Shown here: positions 46,958 through 60,600 of the stretch, piece by piece
How positions within the stretch are numbered: the first letter of the stretch is position 1
Layout of the letters: each line of letters starts with the position of its first letter
Translations under genes and position numbers: made by a program
The notes under the pieces: model-generated
What the model saw: the letters and a program-made list of their open reading frames with translations, nothing else
What the model was told of the DNA's origin: nothing
Databases searched by the model: none
Assembly: GCA_964035545.1 (NCBI GenBank)
Contig: OZ037766.1
Location: forward strand, 1,488,001-1,552,000
Origin: Bugula neritina
Taxonomy: Eukaryota; Animalia; Bryozoa
DNA: 64,000 nucleotides
Reading direction: 5' to 3'

Positions 46958-48572
46958 CTATTTCAACTTCTCTTAAGTTTATCCCTTTAATATTTCTAGT
47001 TAGTTAAATTTAATTGATATGCATATTTTTAGTAGTCAGATAACTTAGCTGCACTCTATGATTAGAAGCAGCTTGTTGAGACCTGGATAGTCAGTTACTT
47101 AATTGAAAATTATGCATTATTACTGAGGTTTAAAATTTAAGGGTTCAGGTTTAACCCCCAAACAAAATTAATTTTGACTCATCTATATAGAGCTAGCTTA
47201 CTAAAACTATATTATGTTAAAGAAATGTCTGTCTTCATATATAATACAGTAGCTTACTGGAAAAAGTTTTTTTTATACACAGTTTGAATGTCAAACATTA
47301 TATAACCAGAATGAGAAGTGCTACCTACTATATTACGCAGGGTTTTTTCTGAATTTAAAGATTATTCAGGTGCAAAGATTTTCAAGTGTAGAAATTATTT
47401 CCAAACACATTCATTGAGTATGTTTGTTCATTTCTAGTTGACCATGAAAATGGCATGTAGCGATTGTTTTGTTCAACAGGGAATTTTTCTTTCAGAAAAA
47501 CTTGATAATTTCTATTCCCTGCCGAGCCCATTGTCATGGGCTGGGAAATTTTTTATAATTTGTATGAGCTTTTTATTCTCATAAGATATCTATATATTTA
47601 TTTATTTATAAATAAATTGTTGTGTATGCGTTTGTTGAGGGGCCTATAATGTTTAATAGAAAAATAATTTTGTTTATTGCATTGTAACTGGAATTATACA
47701 TTAAAATTATAAACAGTTTATTAACTACGGTGCTATTGTGCTACAGTGCTATTGCGCCATAGGCCCTGTCATTTTGTTTATTTTTTCTCAATTAATTTTT
47801 TCCCGACTACGACAAAATAAAAACAAACAAACAAACATAGCTCAAACAAGTGTACATAACATGAGTATATACTAACTTAGTAATATTTACCTTTTATGCA
47901 TGATAAAATATACATAATAACTGTAATAATATATAACCACAACTAGTTTCACTATAATTATACTCTAACCATATTTACAAATAACTCCACTATATAATAT
48001 ATCATAACTGTACACACAAATAACTTCCCTATATACTATAACTATATCCACAAATGGCTTCACTATATGCTATAACTATACCCAAAGATAAACTCACTAT
48101 ATACTGTAACTATACCCTCTCTACTCCCACATACAGAAGACCCCCATAAAAGATTATGATCACGTAGAAAGCATGGGCTAATACTTAATGGTACTGCATA
48201 TTATTATGATACTTAAGCACCTACATACGTTGTTGTTTCACTGATGACAAATCACCACATATTTGTTTATGAATTTAATACAGATAAGACCTTCATATTC
48301 ACTGATATACTTTATGTCATCACGCAAAGCAATTATCTTCAACATAGATAGGAATATTTACCTTCCTATTCAGTGAATATAAAATATGCAAAGTGGGTTT
48401 GGATGAAGCATCATTGCGTGTTTGCTAGTAAACAGGTATATAAGGGTTACACTAACAAATCACATTCAGTCACACAACGAATACGTGCCACAAGTGGTAC
48501 TGACGAAACAATACAACAAACAGTTATTTCTTACGAGGTTACAGCAGAAAATATTGAGTTTCTATATTCATC

Positions 48573-49286
48573 ATGCAGATGATGTACATTCACTTTTTTC
48601 TTTTCACTCTGATTAGTGTAACTGTGGCAGGAGAGAAATACACTGACGAAGAAATAGAAGCTTTCGTAGCCGCTAAATGTCGACTAGTTTGTGACGGAGA
48701 GCTCGATGATGAACGGTTTAAACGAGTGTGCACGTGTGACAGTTATCGTGGTACTTTTATTTATGGTAAAAGAAACTCAGCCTTGCCAGATCAAGAGCCG
48801 GCATATCGTGAGTTTCAAATGAGTGAACTGCCAGAAAGAGGCGAAGAAGACCGTGACAGAAAAGTGGCAGGCAAACAACCGGAATTGAAGACTCCAGTCA
48901 ACAAAAGTGAACTCTTGAAGCTGCTGAGTGGGTTTGGAAAAGAAAGATCAGATGATAGTAAAGCGCTAGTGCCAAAATACCTTCCAAAAGAAACTTCAGC
49001 CGATATTGGTGACGCTTTAGAGCAACTTTTGGGTGAGAAAAACAAGCCTGTGGATTTAGCTAAACAGCCTAACAGCTGGAGGGGTCGGGCTACAGAGGAG
49101 CCTACCTTAGCGATAGAAGAAGCTGCTAGAAAGCTGTTTAAAGAGGATATGGGAGTGGATATCTCGTTGGCAACAAGAGATGACTTTCTAAATTGGGTTG
49201 AGAAGGAAATGAAAGCAGCTGAGCTGCGGCTGATGAAGCTACTCAAGTTTTATCAGTTTATTCTTGCAACATCCGATGCAAAGTAA
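48573..49286 (+). CDS. Putative neuropeptide precursor (signal peptide, Cys4 peptide, G-KR amidation site), 237 aa
   Basis: Hydrophobic N-terminus MQMMYIHFFLFTLISVTVAG, then ...KCRLVCDGELDDERFKRVCTCDSYRGTFIY-G-KR, then a long charged pro-region; single uninterrupted ORF with coding-like composition. Confidence 0.8.
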   Translation: MQMMYIHFFLFTLISVTVAGEKYTDEEIEAFVAAKCRLVCDGELDDERFKRVCTCDSYRGTFIYGKRNSALPDQEPAYREFQMSELPERGEEDRDRKVAGKQPELKTPVNKSELLKLLSGFGKERSDDSKALVPKYLPKETSADIGDALEQLLGEKNKPVDLAKQPNSWRGRATEEPTLAIEEAARKLFKEDMGVDISLATRDDFLNWVEKEMKAAELRLMKLLKFYQFILATSDAK

Positions 49287-50179
49287 AAGTATTTAAAGCG
49301 CATATTGCAAAAAATAATAATACAGGGCAATAGTTAATGCTTGTGAAATTACGTGTTTACATATAGAATAGTTTATGTTGTGTTTAATGTATACTCTTTA
49401 AGGAACTTTGTTTGTTATAGCCTGCAATTACATCACACTTGCCCTATGTCATTTTTTAGTATCATTTAATAAGTCCTTATATTATATTGTAATTAATGTA
49501 TATTTGATGTTGTAAATCTATGTGTTGTGTGACAGTCACTTATGTTTTGTTCAAACTGTTATTATAAGTTTGATTATGAATTAGCAAGTTTATTAAATAA
49601 AGTTATAATACTGTAAGTATCAAAAAGCTTACTTTCAGTATACATGCACTAAATTAGATAATTTTAAATTGGGCTGGAAACATAATTACATTATATTAAA
49701 CAAGATAACTTTTACATAATTGCTTAATATTAGTTGAGTTTATAAAGTTTGCTTTGTCATAATTTGCTAAAGCAATATAAAATGCAAGTTTCTCGTTGTG
49801 GTGCTACAAAAATAACATAATATTATTAACACTCAACTAAAAATAACTTTTCCAGTTCCAGTACATAATAACGCATCAATCTTAATAAAGTGAAAGGATA
49901 ACTCTCAAAAACCTCTAAATTGGAAAATGGTTGTATTTTCCGTTGTACTCGCCTATGTTAATATTAAATGCATTTTCGAGAGTAACAAACTGAAGAAAAT
50001 TCATTTTAACTTCAGTCGCGCTTTCTTTGTCTCCTTGAGTGTCAGCTAATGTTATTACTATAAGGTTCAATTTTGCATCACTCCTTTACTCAAATACATT
50101 AACAGCTTCGCCCATAAACTTGAAGGTAAACTGCCAACAGCAACTTATATTTACATTATCAGTATGCTCATAAAAGTTT

Positions 50180-50820
50180 TTTTTTATCAGTAAAAGTAAA
50201 AGTTAAAGTAAAGCTAAAAGTAAAAGTAAATACTAATACTATTACTATTAGTAAAAGTAAATAGTCACTCTAATAGTCACTCTAATAGTGACTATTAGAG
50301 TGACTATTTACTTTTACTTTTAGTATTTAAAATACTAAAAGTGAAAGTAAACTTGTAGAATTAGAAATCAATTTAAATGTAATCACTGTAAGTGTAAATG
50401 TAACTCACTAACTGAAAGCCACTAAGCGTAAGTGTATGACTATGACTACTATAACTATGAGTATGAATATCAGTATGAGTATCCGTAGGCGTAGCCGTAT
50501 GACTCTCACTATCACTATGACTATGAGACTCAGACTGAGGCTATAAGTTTAAGTATAACCATGAGATTGAGTAAATGAGTATAAGTATTATTCATTAGCT
50601 TTAACTTAATGTGAATTTTTTTAACTCTAATGACTATGAGTATGACTAATAGTAATAGTGATACTAGTACTAATATTACATACTCATAGTAATAGTATAA
50701 AGATAATTATATCAATGTTAGTGCTAACAACTGTTATGTCCTAATCTATTTAGTTTTATTGATATAAAATTATCATGAATATCGATATGATTATGATAAT
50801 CATAATTATTATACAACACA
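50180..50820. other. Cryptic 6-bp-periodic tract D (5' region of the orphan gene)
   Basis: e.g. AGTGTA TGACTA TGACTA CTATAA CTATGA GTATGA ATATCA GTATGA GTATCC; includes a perfect 32-bp-arm hairpin. Confidence 0.85.
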
Positions 50821-51259
50821 AATTTACATTCTTGTTTTGATTGTAAACACACTACGATTATTTTCAGTTTCAATTTAAACCTTTAACACCTGTCACACAG
50901 AACAGAACTCTAGTCAAGAATAGCAGTTGAGTTTTAATGTAACAATAGTCATTAATAAAACATTTTAGTAATATTTAAAACACTCTATTTTGTTATTAGC
51001 AAAAGATTAGCTATATAATATAATTAGGAGGTGTCCTTAGAGGCTAGATATAACTACTCTATGCCCATTAGTTGTGGTTTACTATAATTAGAATTACTAA
51101 ACTAACGGCAGTTAACTTGCTAGCATTTATCTGTTTTTTGTTAGAATAATTATCCATGATTGCAAAATAATCCCATCACTTTTTTACAAAGCAAGCTATA
51201 TTTTGCTCGTACTGTGATTGATGTTGGAACTGATATATCATGACAGTTAAGCAGTGAAT

Positions 51260-54200
51260 ATGCCCATCTCTCCTATGAAATGGAACATGTACGGCAAGCC
51301 GGTGATAGGTGACGTGGTCAAGCTAACTTATGGGACTAAACGTAAAATTGATGGCGCTGAAGATGACCATGATGTCTTGCAAAATCATCTCTCTTCATCT
51401 GATGTTAGTTTGTAGACAAAATTCCACCAGCTTTTCCATAATTTCTGTATTGAATGATATTGTATTGACTTTTACCAGCTATTCTTGAACCTAAGCACAC
51501 AATTTATATATTGTAAAGATTTAGTCTCTATTAAATCAATAGAGGCTTTTCACAAGCCCTCTGGGGACATTCGTATTTTGAAGTTGTCTCCTCCCAGAAG
51601 GGCGAAGTGTAGTCTCCATGATATATAGAACAAGCACATAAAATCAGTAAAAATTTAAGGTTTGTGGGAAGACTATTGCTAGTACGAGTTTCATTTTTTC
51701 TGAGATTGATATTTTGGCATAAGCACACAGGCTAGCAGTTCCAGAAAATTTTTAAAAATTTTCTTTCTTCAAAAATCTTGAGAAAAATTAACTTCAAAGC
51801 ATGTTTGTGGTTTTGGTTACTGCATGAGCAAGCTGAATTGGCAACTATGAGATAAGTCCCATTAATCATTTGTTATGCTGGCTGTCATATTCAATTTATA
51901 GCTGTTGACCTTTCAACTCTTTGGTCAGAATGTGCTGTTAACACAGTGTTAGAGCACTGCTACTCTGCTAGTGCACTGAATGAGACAGCAGATTAGCTGT
52001 GTTAGCATTTTCATTACACTTACACACTTATGCTATGATAATAGCTAGACTATAACCTCAACATCCATCATTTTCACAAAAAGCATTTTCACAAAGCTAT
52101 AGATATATATTAAATATAGACAGATTAAATTTGTAGTATCAAAATGATGCGTGATAGCATGTGCACTTAATTACACTTTGAAGAGTTTGTGCTACATTAT
52201 GTTCAAAAGACCGTAAATGCTTTAGGCCTACATAGTTTCATGTTATGGCTAAAACTTCTTTAAAAGAAAAATATTACCAAGAAAAGCAAAGCTCAGTTTA
52301 TGCAAAAATTTATTAAAAATACTTTATATTTAGGCAGGCATCTTTTCATTCAGTATCGATCCATCTTGAAATATTTTGTCTGCTCTAAATCTTCATTGCA
52401 TATTTTACAACAGGTCTAATAGTTTTATTTAAAAGATTTAATTGAAATGTTATACTTGATTTTAACTTACATATCCCCGCGCATGCCTATTTTAAGATAA
52501 GAGCTGTAATATTCTAATTGGTGCTGTCGTGACTTATAGCCACACTCTAAAATTTTATGTCATTCAAATATGAGTCTCAAATTTAAGAAAGGCTTTATAT
52601 TTTATAACATTTTGTGACCCATGGGATCAGCCAAGCTAGTTGTATAACTGCAGTTGAGTGTCAATAACACTAGCTCATGATATTTGAAGCATGAGAAGTT
52701 GAGAAGCTATAACATTAAACAGTTTAACTGAAAACCCAAGCAAAATGTTAATAACCAAATTTTATCAACATGCTTTCACTGCTTCACTTGTAAGAATCTG
52801 CTTAATACTTTTCAACCAGAATTTCCTTCTAAAGTAATTGTCAGAGAATTCAGTTTATGCTGCAATTTGATGAATTGGGAAACTTGGGCTTTCAGGTGCA
52901 GTAGTGATTAGCTTAGTTTACCTATTTTATATTGTATATCCATTTTATTATATAACTATAATTTAACCTACCATACATTAACTAGGATCTTGAATCTACC
53001 GCAGTTGACGGAGATGACTACTACACACAAGGTAGATGCAGTACTAATGGAGAAATTGAGAAAAGCCTTTTTTCTAGATTAAAAATGTAGCAAAAAAGTT
53101 GTGTTATACGCAACACCAACATTCGTAAAGAAAGTTAAAGAACTTAGGCTATCTCAATTTCTTCACTACTGCATGCTCCTAAATGCTACAAGCCACAGGC
53201 ATAATTAAGAAATAACAAAGCTGTAACCCAAGGGCCTGAATGCCAACTGCTAAAAGGCTATCTCGGTTTCTGATTAAATTATCTAGATATATATTTATTT
53301 GAGCACAATTGTTACAATTGCAATAGATGCATTTAACCTGTATTAGAAAATTAACCGACATGTATCAAAGCACATTTCATATTCGTTCTATACTACAAAT
53401 TTAATCTGTCTATTTAATATATATCTATAGCTTTGTGAAAATGCTTTTTGTGAAAATGATGGATGTTGAGGTTATAGTCTAGCTATTCTCATAGCATAAG
53501 TGTGTAAGTGTAATGAAAATACTAACACAGCTAATCTGCTGTCTCATTCAGTGCACTAGCAGAGTAGCAGTGCTCTAACACTGTGTTAACAGCACATTCT
53601 GACCAAAGAGTTGAAAGGTCAACAGCTATAAATTAAATATGACAGCCAGCATAACAAATGATTAATGGGACTTATCTCATAGTTGCCAATTCAACTTGCT
53701 CATGCAGTAACCAAAACCACAAACATGCTTTGAAGTTAATTTTTCTCAAGATTTTTGAAGAAAGAAAATTTTTAAAAATTTTCTGGAACTGCTAACCTGT
53801 GTGCTTATGCCAAAATATTAATCTCAGAAAAAATAAAACTGGTACTAGCAATAGTCTTCCCACAAACCTTAAATTTCTACTGATTTTATGTGCTTGTTCT
53901 ATAAATCATGGAGACTACACTTCGCCCTTCTGGGAGGAGACAACTTCAAAATACAAATGTCCCCAGAGGGCTTGTGAAAAGCCTCTATTATGATGCCAAA
54001 GTAGTATATTCTGCAGCACATGAAGCTAAAAACATATGCTGGTATTATATAACTTTGTGTTCATAGGCTACTCTTTTCCTTTTCACGTTATTATACTGTC
54101 TAGAGTCTAGACTCTATCAACCTTTAACAATAATCTCAAGCAGTGTTGGTAACAGAAACTCTTATATTTCTTATGCTGTCATTTTCTCAAAACATCAACA

Positions 54201-55399
54201 ATAGCCACAAGCGAGACAGTTCCCTCAAATGATGTATCTATTTTTAGCTCAACAGCAAACGAGTGTGTTTATGGGGTCAGCAGAACCACCCACTTAGTGT
54301 GGGTGGTTTAGTAGACCTTCCAATAGACCAATCAGATTATGCGAGACATCCTCTTGTCCAATCAGATGACCAAGTTATGGAACAGCCTCATCAAATGGAT
54401 GATACTCAGGTATGCAGTTAGAATGTTATTTTATCTTCTGCCCAATAGTTTCTCTATATTTAGCAAATGTTATACTGGCGAAAAAAGGAGGGCAAATGTA
54501 GTAGATTTGTTCTTTGGTGTTAGAATGTTTGCATTTTGTACACATTTATGTTATATAAATGTTCAATCACCTCCATCATATAATAATAGTATAGGCTAAC
54601 TACAGTTGTAAGTTTATAGCTGGAGTTACTGTACAAGACTAAAGAGTAAGGGTGGGCTATGCGCTGCGCCTGACATGTCATCTCAATTCCATGGCAAATC
54701 TTTTAATCAAATGGTTTTAGAACCTCCAGCCTAACTTTATACCAGCCTGACTGCCTTTCACTGGGACTATCTTGTCTACAGAATCACCAAACCTGGTGGT
54801 GTCAATCTAACTCTAAATGTTTAGCAGAATAATTTGTTACTTAGTTCAGACTGAGCATGCCTTATATGCTACAGGTTGTAGAGTCATTAGTCCCACCTAG
54901 TGCTGAGACAAACCCACCTAATGCTGAGACAACCCCACCTAATGCTGAGACAAACCCACCTAATACTGAGACATACCCACCTAATACTGATATGGATATA
55001 AACGCAGAGGATATGCAAGATTATGGCGAGGCGTGTGACGCAATGGATGGGGAAGGAGCAGTAGATCAAAGTCAGTACGGCATCAGAGCTCAGCGGCAGC
55101 ATGAACAGCATTGCTTGTGAGTCATCAGTCAGCATATATTCCCCCCCCCCCCCGTCTCTTTAGTAGCTGTATTTATTGTTGTATCTATAGCTTTATGTCA
55201 TTAAGATAGTAGAATCCTGCTGTCCAGTGTAAACTGTAATATTTGCTCATTTTATATCCGAAATGTTAACATACTTCTGCTATTGTTGCGTTACAGCGGA
55301 GAGGAGATGAGCCCAAACAGTGGTAATACTAGGTGCTACTGTAGACCTTCGTGGGACTCCATGTTGAGCACAAGATCATTCTTCTCTGATATATATTAA
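51260..55399 (+). CDS. Uncharacterised 216-aa protein; exons 51260-51403, 54248-54409, 54875-55116, 55297-55399
   Basis: Four canonical GT-AG exons join in phase (144+162+242+103 = 651 nt): MPISPMKWNMYGKPVIGDVVKLTYGTKRKIDG...LNSKRVCLWG...(PPNAETN)n...RQHEQHCFGEEMSPNSGNTRCYCRPSWDSMLSTRSFFSDIY*. Confidence 0.7.
51541..53986. mobile_element. Non-autonomous DNA transposon with ~600-bp TIRs (ISL2EU/PIF-Harbinger-like by termini)
   Basis: 51541-52139 is the near-perfect reverse complement of 53390-53986; termini AGAGGC...GCCTCT flanked by AT on both sides (2-bp TSD candidate); ~1.25-kb non-coding spacer. Confidence 0.85.
53034..53180. mobile_element. Small MITE family copy nested in the long-TIR element
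   Basis: AGATGCAGTACTAATGGAGAAATTGAGA ... TCTCAATTTCTTCACTACTGCA; internal AAAGAACTTAGGC shared with the 15723 copy. Confidence 0.75.
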
Positions 55400-56789
55400 A
55401 CCTACTTACAGTGTATTATATGCTATTTAGGAGTTGTGATCTCTTTCTCATCTACTATGTATATTATTTCCCCTGCCATGACATCATATCCTATTGTATA
55501 CTTGTATCCATGGCGATGCATCATATAATTGACGGATATCACCTCATATTGTGTTCACTCTCTTCTCTATTATTATATGTATTTGTAATATTTTTTCACA
55601 GTCACTAGCCGTACAATATTTCTTATGTATATATATGTATTGTATGTATATATATATGTATTTCTACAGTGCAATTCATTGTTTTATTAAATATTATATT
55701 ATAGATATGTTGATATTATGTACATACAATTTAGATCTCTTCTCTTTTTAGTAATTCACATGTTTTGTGTTATGCAGTGCAGTGATACAGTTGTAATACG
55801 GTATAGCATTTGTAAATAGAAATTGTATCTCTTTGAAAACGTTTGTTAGGCAATTAAAAAGTTTTATCAAAAGTTTATTAGCTTTTTTTATCTTTTTGTT
55901 TGTGGAATGTTTGAGGGAAGCCTCATCAGAGAGAGATAGTTTTAGTCAATTGACAATAGAACCTTAGCTAACTGTGTTGACTACAGATCTCTAAATTGTC
56001 TGAAGGAAATGCTGAGTCTTCATTAGATCTCTATTATTTGCAATAAATTTGTATTTCTTTGTTTTTGTAATTAAACCTGAATTTAGTAGTTTAATGTACA
56101 AACTTTTTTGTTCAATAAAAATATTTTATTATTCTCAAAATATTCATTAAACTTTCCAGTAAAGTTCAAAACTCATCAATTTTTTGTTGATTTGTGTGCA
56201 TGCCATGTCTAACTGCACAAATTTGTTTATTCTTCGAGTTTAAAGAACCATAATAACTTACTGCAAGAAAACTACAATTTTTAGTGGACAGAGAAGATAA
56301 ATTGATACTTATAAATGAACCATTTTTTAGAGTATCAATCAACGGTGAATAGCTTCAAATTGTGGGGTTTTTGATAAATCACAAAGAATAAAATTTTGTA
56401 GAAAAAATGTCCTACTGAAGTGTGTATTTAAATCCATCAATGAATGCAGAACAATAGAACTAAGTTGCAACAGTGAAGTTTTAAGCATTAAGCTAATCTG
56501 TGAAAGTTGCCAGTATTGGAGTTATCCCCTTTAATTAAACTACAATGTATTATTTATTGTCAGTTACTCGGTAAAATAATACCAAAATGTATTTATGGTT
56601 TTAACTACGTTCAAACTAGTTTTATTATTTGGTATTTTTTATAATACTTTTGTTGTCGAAAATGTATTTTTGTTATTAAAAGTCAACTTTTAACATTCGA
56701 AACTATAGCAGCGATTGCAGAGGGAAATATAATTATTTTTATTAAAGGGTCATTCTTGCTATTGAAATGCTATAAAATTTTAATTTAGT

Positions 56790-57510
56790 TTGACCATACT
56801 GCTATTAGTATTACTGTGATTAAAGCTCTGTAAGTGGTTTTAATTATTACGATAGCAAATGGCTATACAAATAATTTGTTAGTATTACTATTAGGATTTG
56901 TTATAACTTATAAGTTTTCATCTACGGCTACTACTACTAGTACTAGTACTAGTAGTAGTACTAACTTAAACTAGTAGTAGTACTAGTAACTAGTAAGCAG
57001 TAGTATTACTACTAGTACTAGTACTCAACTAGTAGTAAAGTACTACGTCTACTGTAAGACTCACTTTCTGAGTCAGACTGAGCATGCAATTTGAATTTCA
57101 ATTTCAGTGAATTTGCGATATACTTACGGCTACGCTATCAGTATCATATACTGATGTATTTATACTCAAAAGGTCAAAGACAAATAATGACAACTACAAG
57201 TCATACTGATTTTCGATGAGCTTATGCTGATACTCATACTCATAGTTATACTGACTTTTACACTGTGACTAAATGTGATCAATAAATATGATATTCATAC
57301 TCATAGACCATAAAGCTAGTCATAACTCATACTAAATCTCATAGTAATATTACAGTTACTAATTACATTTACTGAGTCTGAGTAATATTAAGTCAAATGA
57401 CTCATTATAATAATGATTATCATAATTATTGTGATAATTATTGATATTAATATTATAATTATCATTAGGATTATCATTATTAATTTGTATTCATAGTGAC
57501 ACTGATAGTG
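56790..57510. other. Cryptic 6-bp-periodic tract E (5' region of the BCLAF1/THRAP3-like gene)
   Basis: e.g. GCTGAT ACTCAT ACTCAT AGTTAT ACTGAC; AGTCAT AACTCAT ACTAAA TCTCAT AGTAAT; plus an ACTAGT-rich block at 56930-57040. Confidence 0.85.
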
Positions 57511-57659
57511 CCCCTAGTAATTTGTAAAACTAAAAAAGTCATCAATTTTATTTGTTTGTAGTTTTACCATTCGATAAATTTTTTGGGTTGCTTTATATTT
57601 TGTAAATATTTTAATTTTAGATTTTATTGGTGGTGCAATATATAACACCGACAATAAAG

Positions 57660-60600
57660 ATGCCAGACAAATACAGGAGCAGGTAGGTTTGAGTTGCCCA
57701 GCAAATGATTTCATCCAATGCTCTTCAATTATGAGAAAGTTTGAGATAAATTTTTATAAAACTTCTGTTGATTCACTTGAAAAATCCGTTTCACAATGTG
57801 GAAAAAATAATGCTTTAAAGAAGTTATTGTTTAGTCTTACATAATGCATTTATAAAACAAGTTTATCTTATATTGTGGAGTTTTATTTTTCTATGCAAAG
57901 TAGCTATAAGAGGTGACTGGGTGACGAAAATAATAATATATAAGAATTATCAAATATAAATGCAATGTTTTTAGAGTGACTTTTCTGTGTGAATCGTCAT
58001 TGTGTGTAAATAAAATAATTTGTAAGCAGGGATAGACATTCGGGTGATACCAGAGAGCGATCTAGAAGTCCAAGGCGCAGGCGATCTAGATCCCCACCTG
58101 CTAAAAGCTCTAAAATCAGAAGCCCACGCCGACGTCGGTCACACTCTGAATCTCCGAGGAAAGATAGGAAATCATCAATCAGTCCTAAGCACTATCACTC
58201 ACGTCCTCCAGTTTCTAAACACAGATCACATCAGTCTAGTTCTATCAGGTAAACTCGTCAACCCCGTCACTGAGGTCCTCAGCACTAACTTGTTTTCCCT
58301 GACAATCACTCATTACTCAGCTGTTGGTTTTACAGGAGAGAATCCAGAAGCTCAGAATCTCCGCCCAAGTCTAAGAGAGATGCGCGAGGTTTTAGACGTT
58401 CTGAAACTTCTCCCAAGTCTAGAAGAGATTCGCGGAGTTCTAGACGTTCTGAAACTCCTCCCAAATCTAGAAGAGATTCGCGGAGTTCCAGACGTTCTGA
58501 AACTCCTCCCAAATCTAAGAGAGATGCGCGAAGTTCCAGGAGCAGATCTGACTCTCCTGCTAAAGTCTCCAGCAGGTTGGTGATGGATTAATATATTTTA
58601 CCATACAAGAAACATTTACTCTTGCTCGTGTGAAGACATCATATTAGGTTTGGCCTTTAAGCAGGTTAAATGTACTGTAATAGTATTATCGTACTATTGA
58701 TATTGGTAGTAGCAAGATTTTTCTGTATCTGGTAGCAAAAGACAGAGAAAAACTTCCACAAACAGGTCAACGCCTTCCCCAACAACCTTAGATGATGTGT
58801 TGATGAGAGAGAAGCCACTTTCTATTGCCAGAAGTAGAGCATCTATATACGACAGATATGAGCGATACGAGATTAACGTAATGGCTATACACAACAAGAC
58901 TAATGAGAAAAGGTGAGGCGCTGGCTAATAATTTGTGTGAACTTTAGCATTACTAATTATCTTTTGATTTTTTGACAAAAATAATTTGCTAGTAGCGTTT
59001 TTTCAGCTACTGTAAACGGGTTTTTATGTTTGAGAATTTGAATAATTTTTACATGCAGGTTTTTAGTCTGAGACCTCAAGTGCAATCAGCAAGGTGTTCA
59101 ATTGAAACCTCAGCTAACATTTTATTCCTGGACATGAGAAATATTTCAATTAATGTTAAAGTTTCAGTCATTTATTCACCTCACTGTTAACTGATCTAAT
59201 TTCAGATTTTTTTCATTAAGATTTGTCTTCTCTCTGTGGGTCTAACTATAATTCTGTGCTGCAGGAGTCGTAAAGACGTGGACAGCGGCTTGACCTCTAA
59301 AGACTTCTCTCCTACTGATGTTATTGAACTGGTGCACGAGCTGAACCCAAGGTCTGCGTCCAAGAAGAAGTCAAGGTCGTTATTTGACCGAGAAGAGATC
59401 AAGAACTTTGTGGAGGAAGAGGTTGAGACGAAAGTTATACGACTCCTTCCATCGACTGATGAGTTGAAGAAGTTGGAGGCTAAACTAAGGTGAGAGGAGC
59501 TTCACTTGACAGCTTCTAGTCTGAGTTCACCTGATGTTATTCTATTATTACATGTAGTATACACTTACTGTTCTATTATTAGATGCAATATACACTTACT
59601 ATTCTTTTATTAGATGTAGTATGCACTTACTATTCTATTATTAGATGTAGTATACACTTACTATTCTATTATTAGATGTAGTATGCACTTACTATTCTAT
59701 TATTAGATGTAGTATACACTTACTATTCTATTATTAGATGTAGTATGCACTTACTATTCTATTATTAGATGTAGTATACACTTACTATTCTATTATTAGA
59801 TGTAGTATACACTTACTGTTCTATTATTAGATGTAGTATACACTTACTATTCTATTATTACATGTAGTATACACTTACTATAATCACAATTTTAGCAAGG
59901 ACAGGTCCTCTACTAGTAAAATAAAAGACAAACATTCTAGAAAGGACAAGAATTTGGATGCATCGTTAAAAAGGTAAATTGTGATTCGTCAAATTTATTG
60001 ATGATTTCTTTTCTATGTTCATATGTTTTGCCACCAGATGTTGCTATTGTAGCCCAACTTTCTTTTATTCTGAGTGACTCAGTGATGTCATCAATCACTC
60101 AGTAATGTCATTAAATAAATGTCACTACCCGGTCCTGTTTTATCTTCAGAGAACCAGAGAAAGAGAGATACCAAGTTACAGATGATGACCTTCTGGATGA
60201 TTCTTCCAGGTATGTGTAGCCTGTACATGTAATGTGTACGTGTAAATTGTAATGTGTAAGTGTAATACGTAAGTGTAATGCGTACATTATTTCGAGTAGT
60301 TAGGTATAATGTCATAAAAGCAAAACTAAAATTTTAGAATTTGATCAAAATAGGTTTAAGAAAGTTTTCAATGCAACTGAAGTGTTTACCATGAGTTGTA
60401 GTTAATATGACAGTCAACGTTGATTTTCTAGACTTCACAGCGCAAAGTCAAGTGATAGAAAGAAGTCGCTGCAGGATAGACTGGGTACAAGTGATAAACA
60501 CAAGAGTCTAGAAGACAGGTTGGGGCGTACACCTGACCACCCGTCCAAAAGGGAGGGCAAAATCAGATCTACAGACCTCAGGCATAATTTATCTTCACGT

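Noticed and set aside
48815-49246. 143-aa minus-strand ORF
   Set aside because: Antisense shadow of the neuropeptide precursor ORF.
51531-53993. Two near-identical 64-65 aa ORFs on opposite strands
   Set aside because: Mirror images within the TIRs, with non-ATG starts and no recognisable domain.
58044-58583. 179-aa ORF with LDVLKLLP repeats
   Set aside because: Wrong frame of the RS-rich exons, and it reads through an intron.
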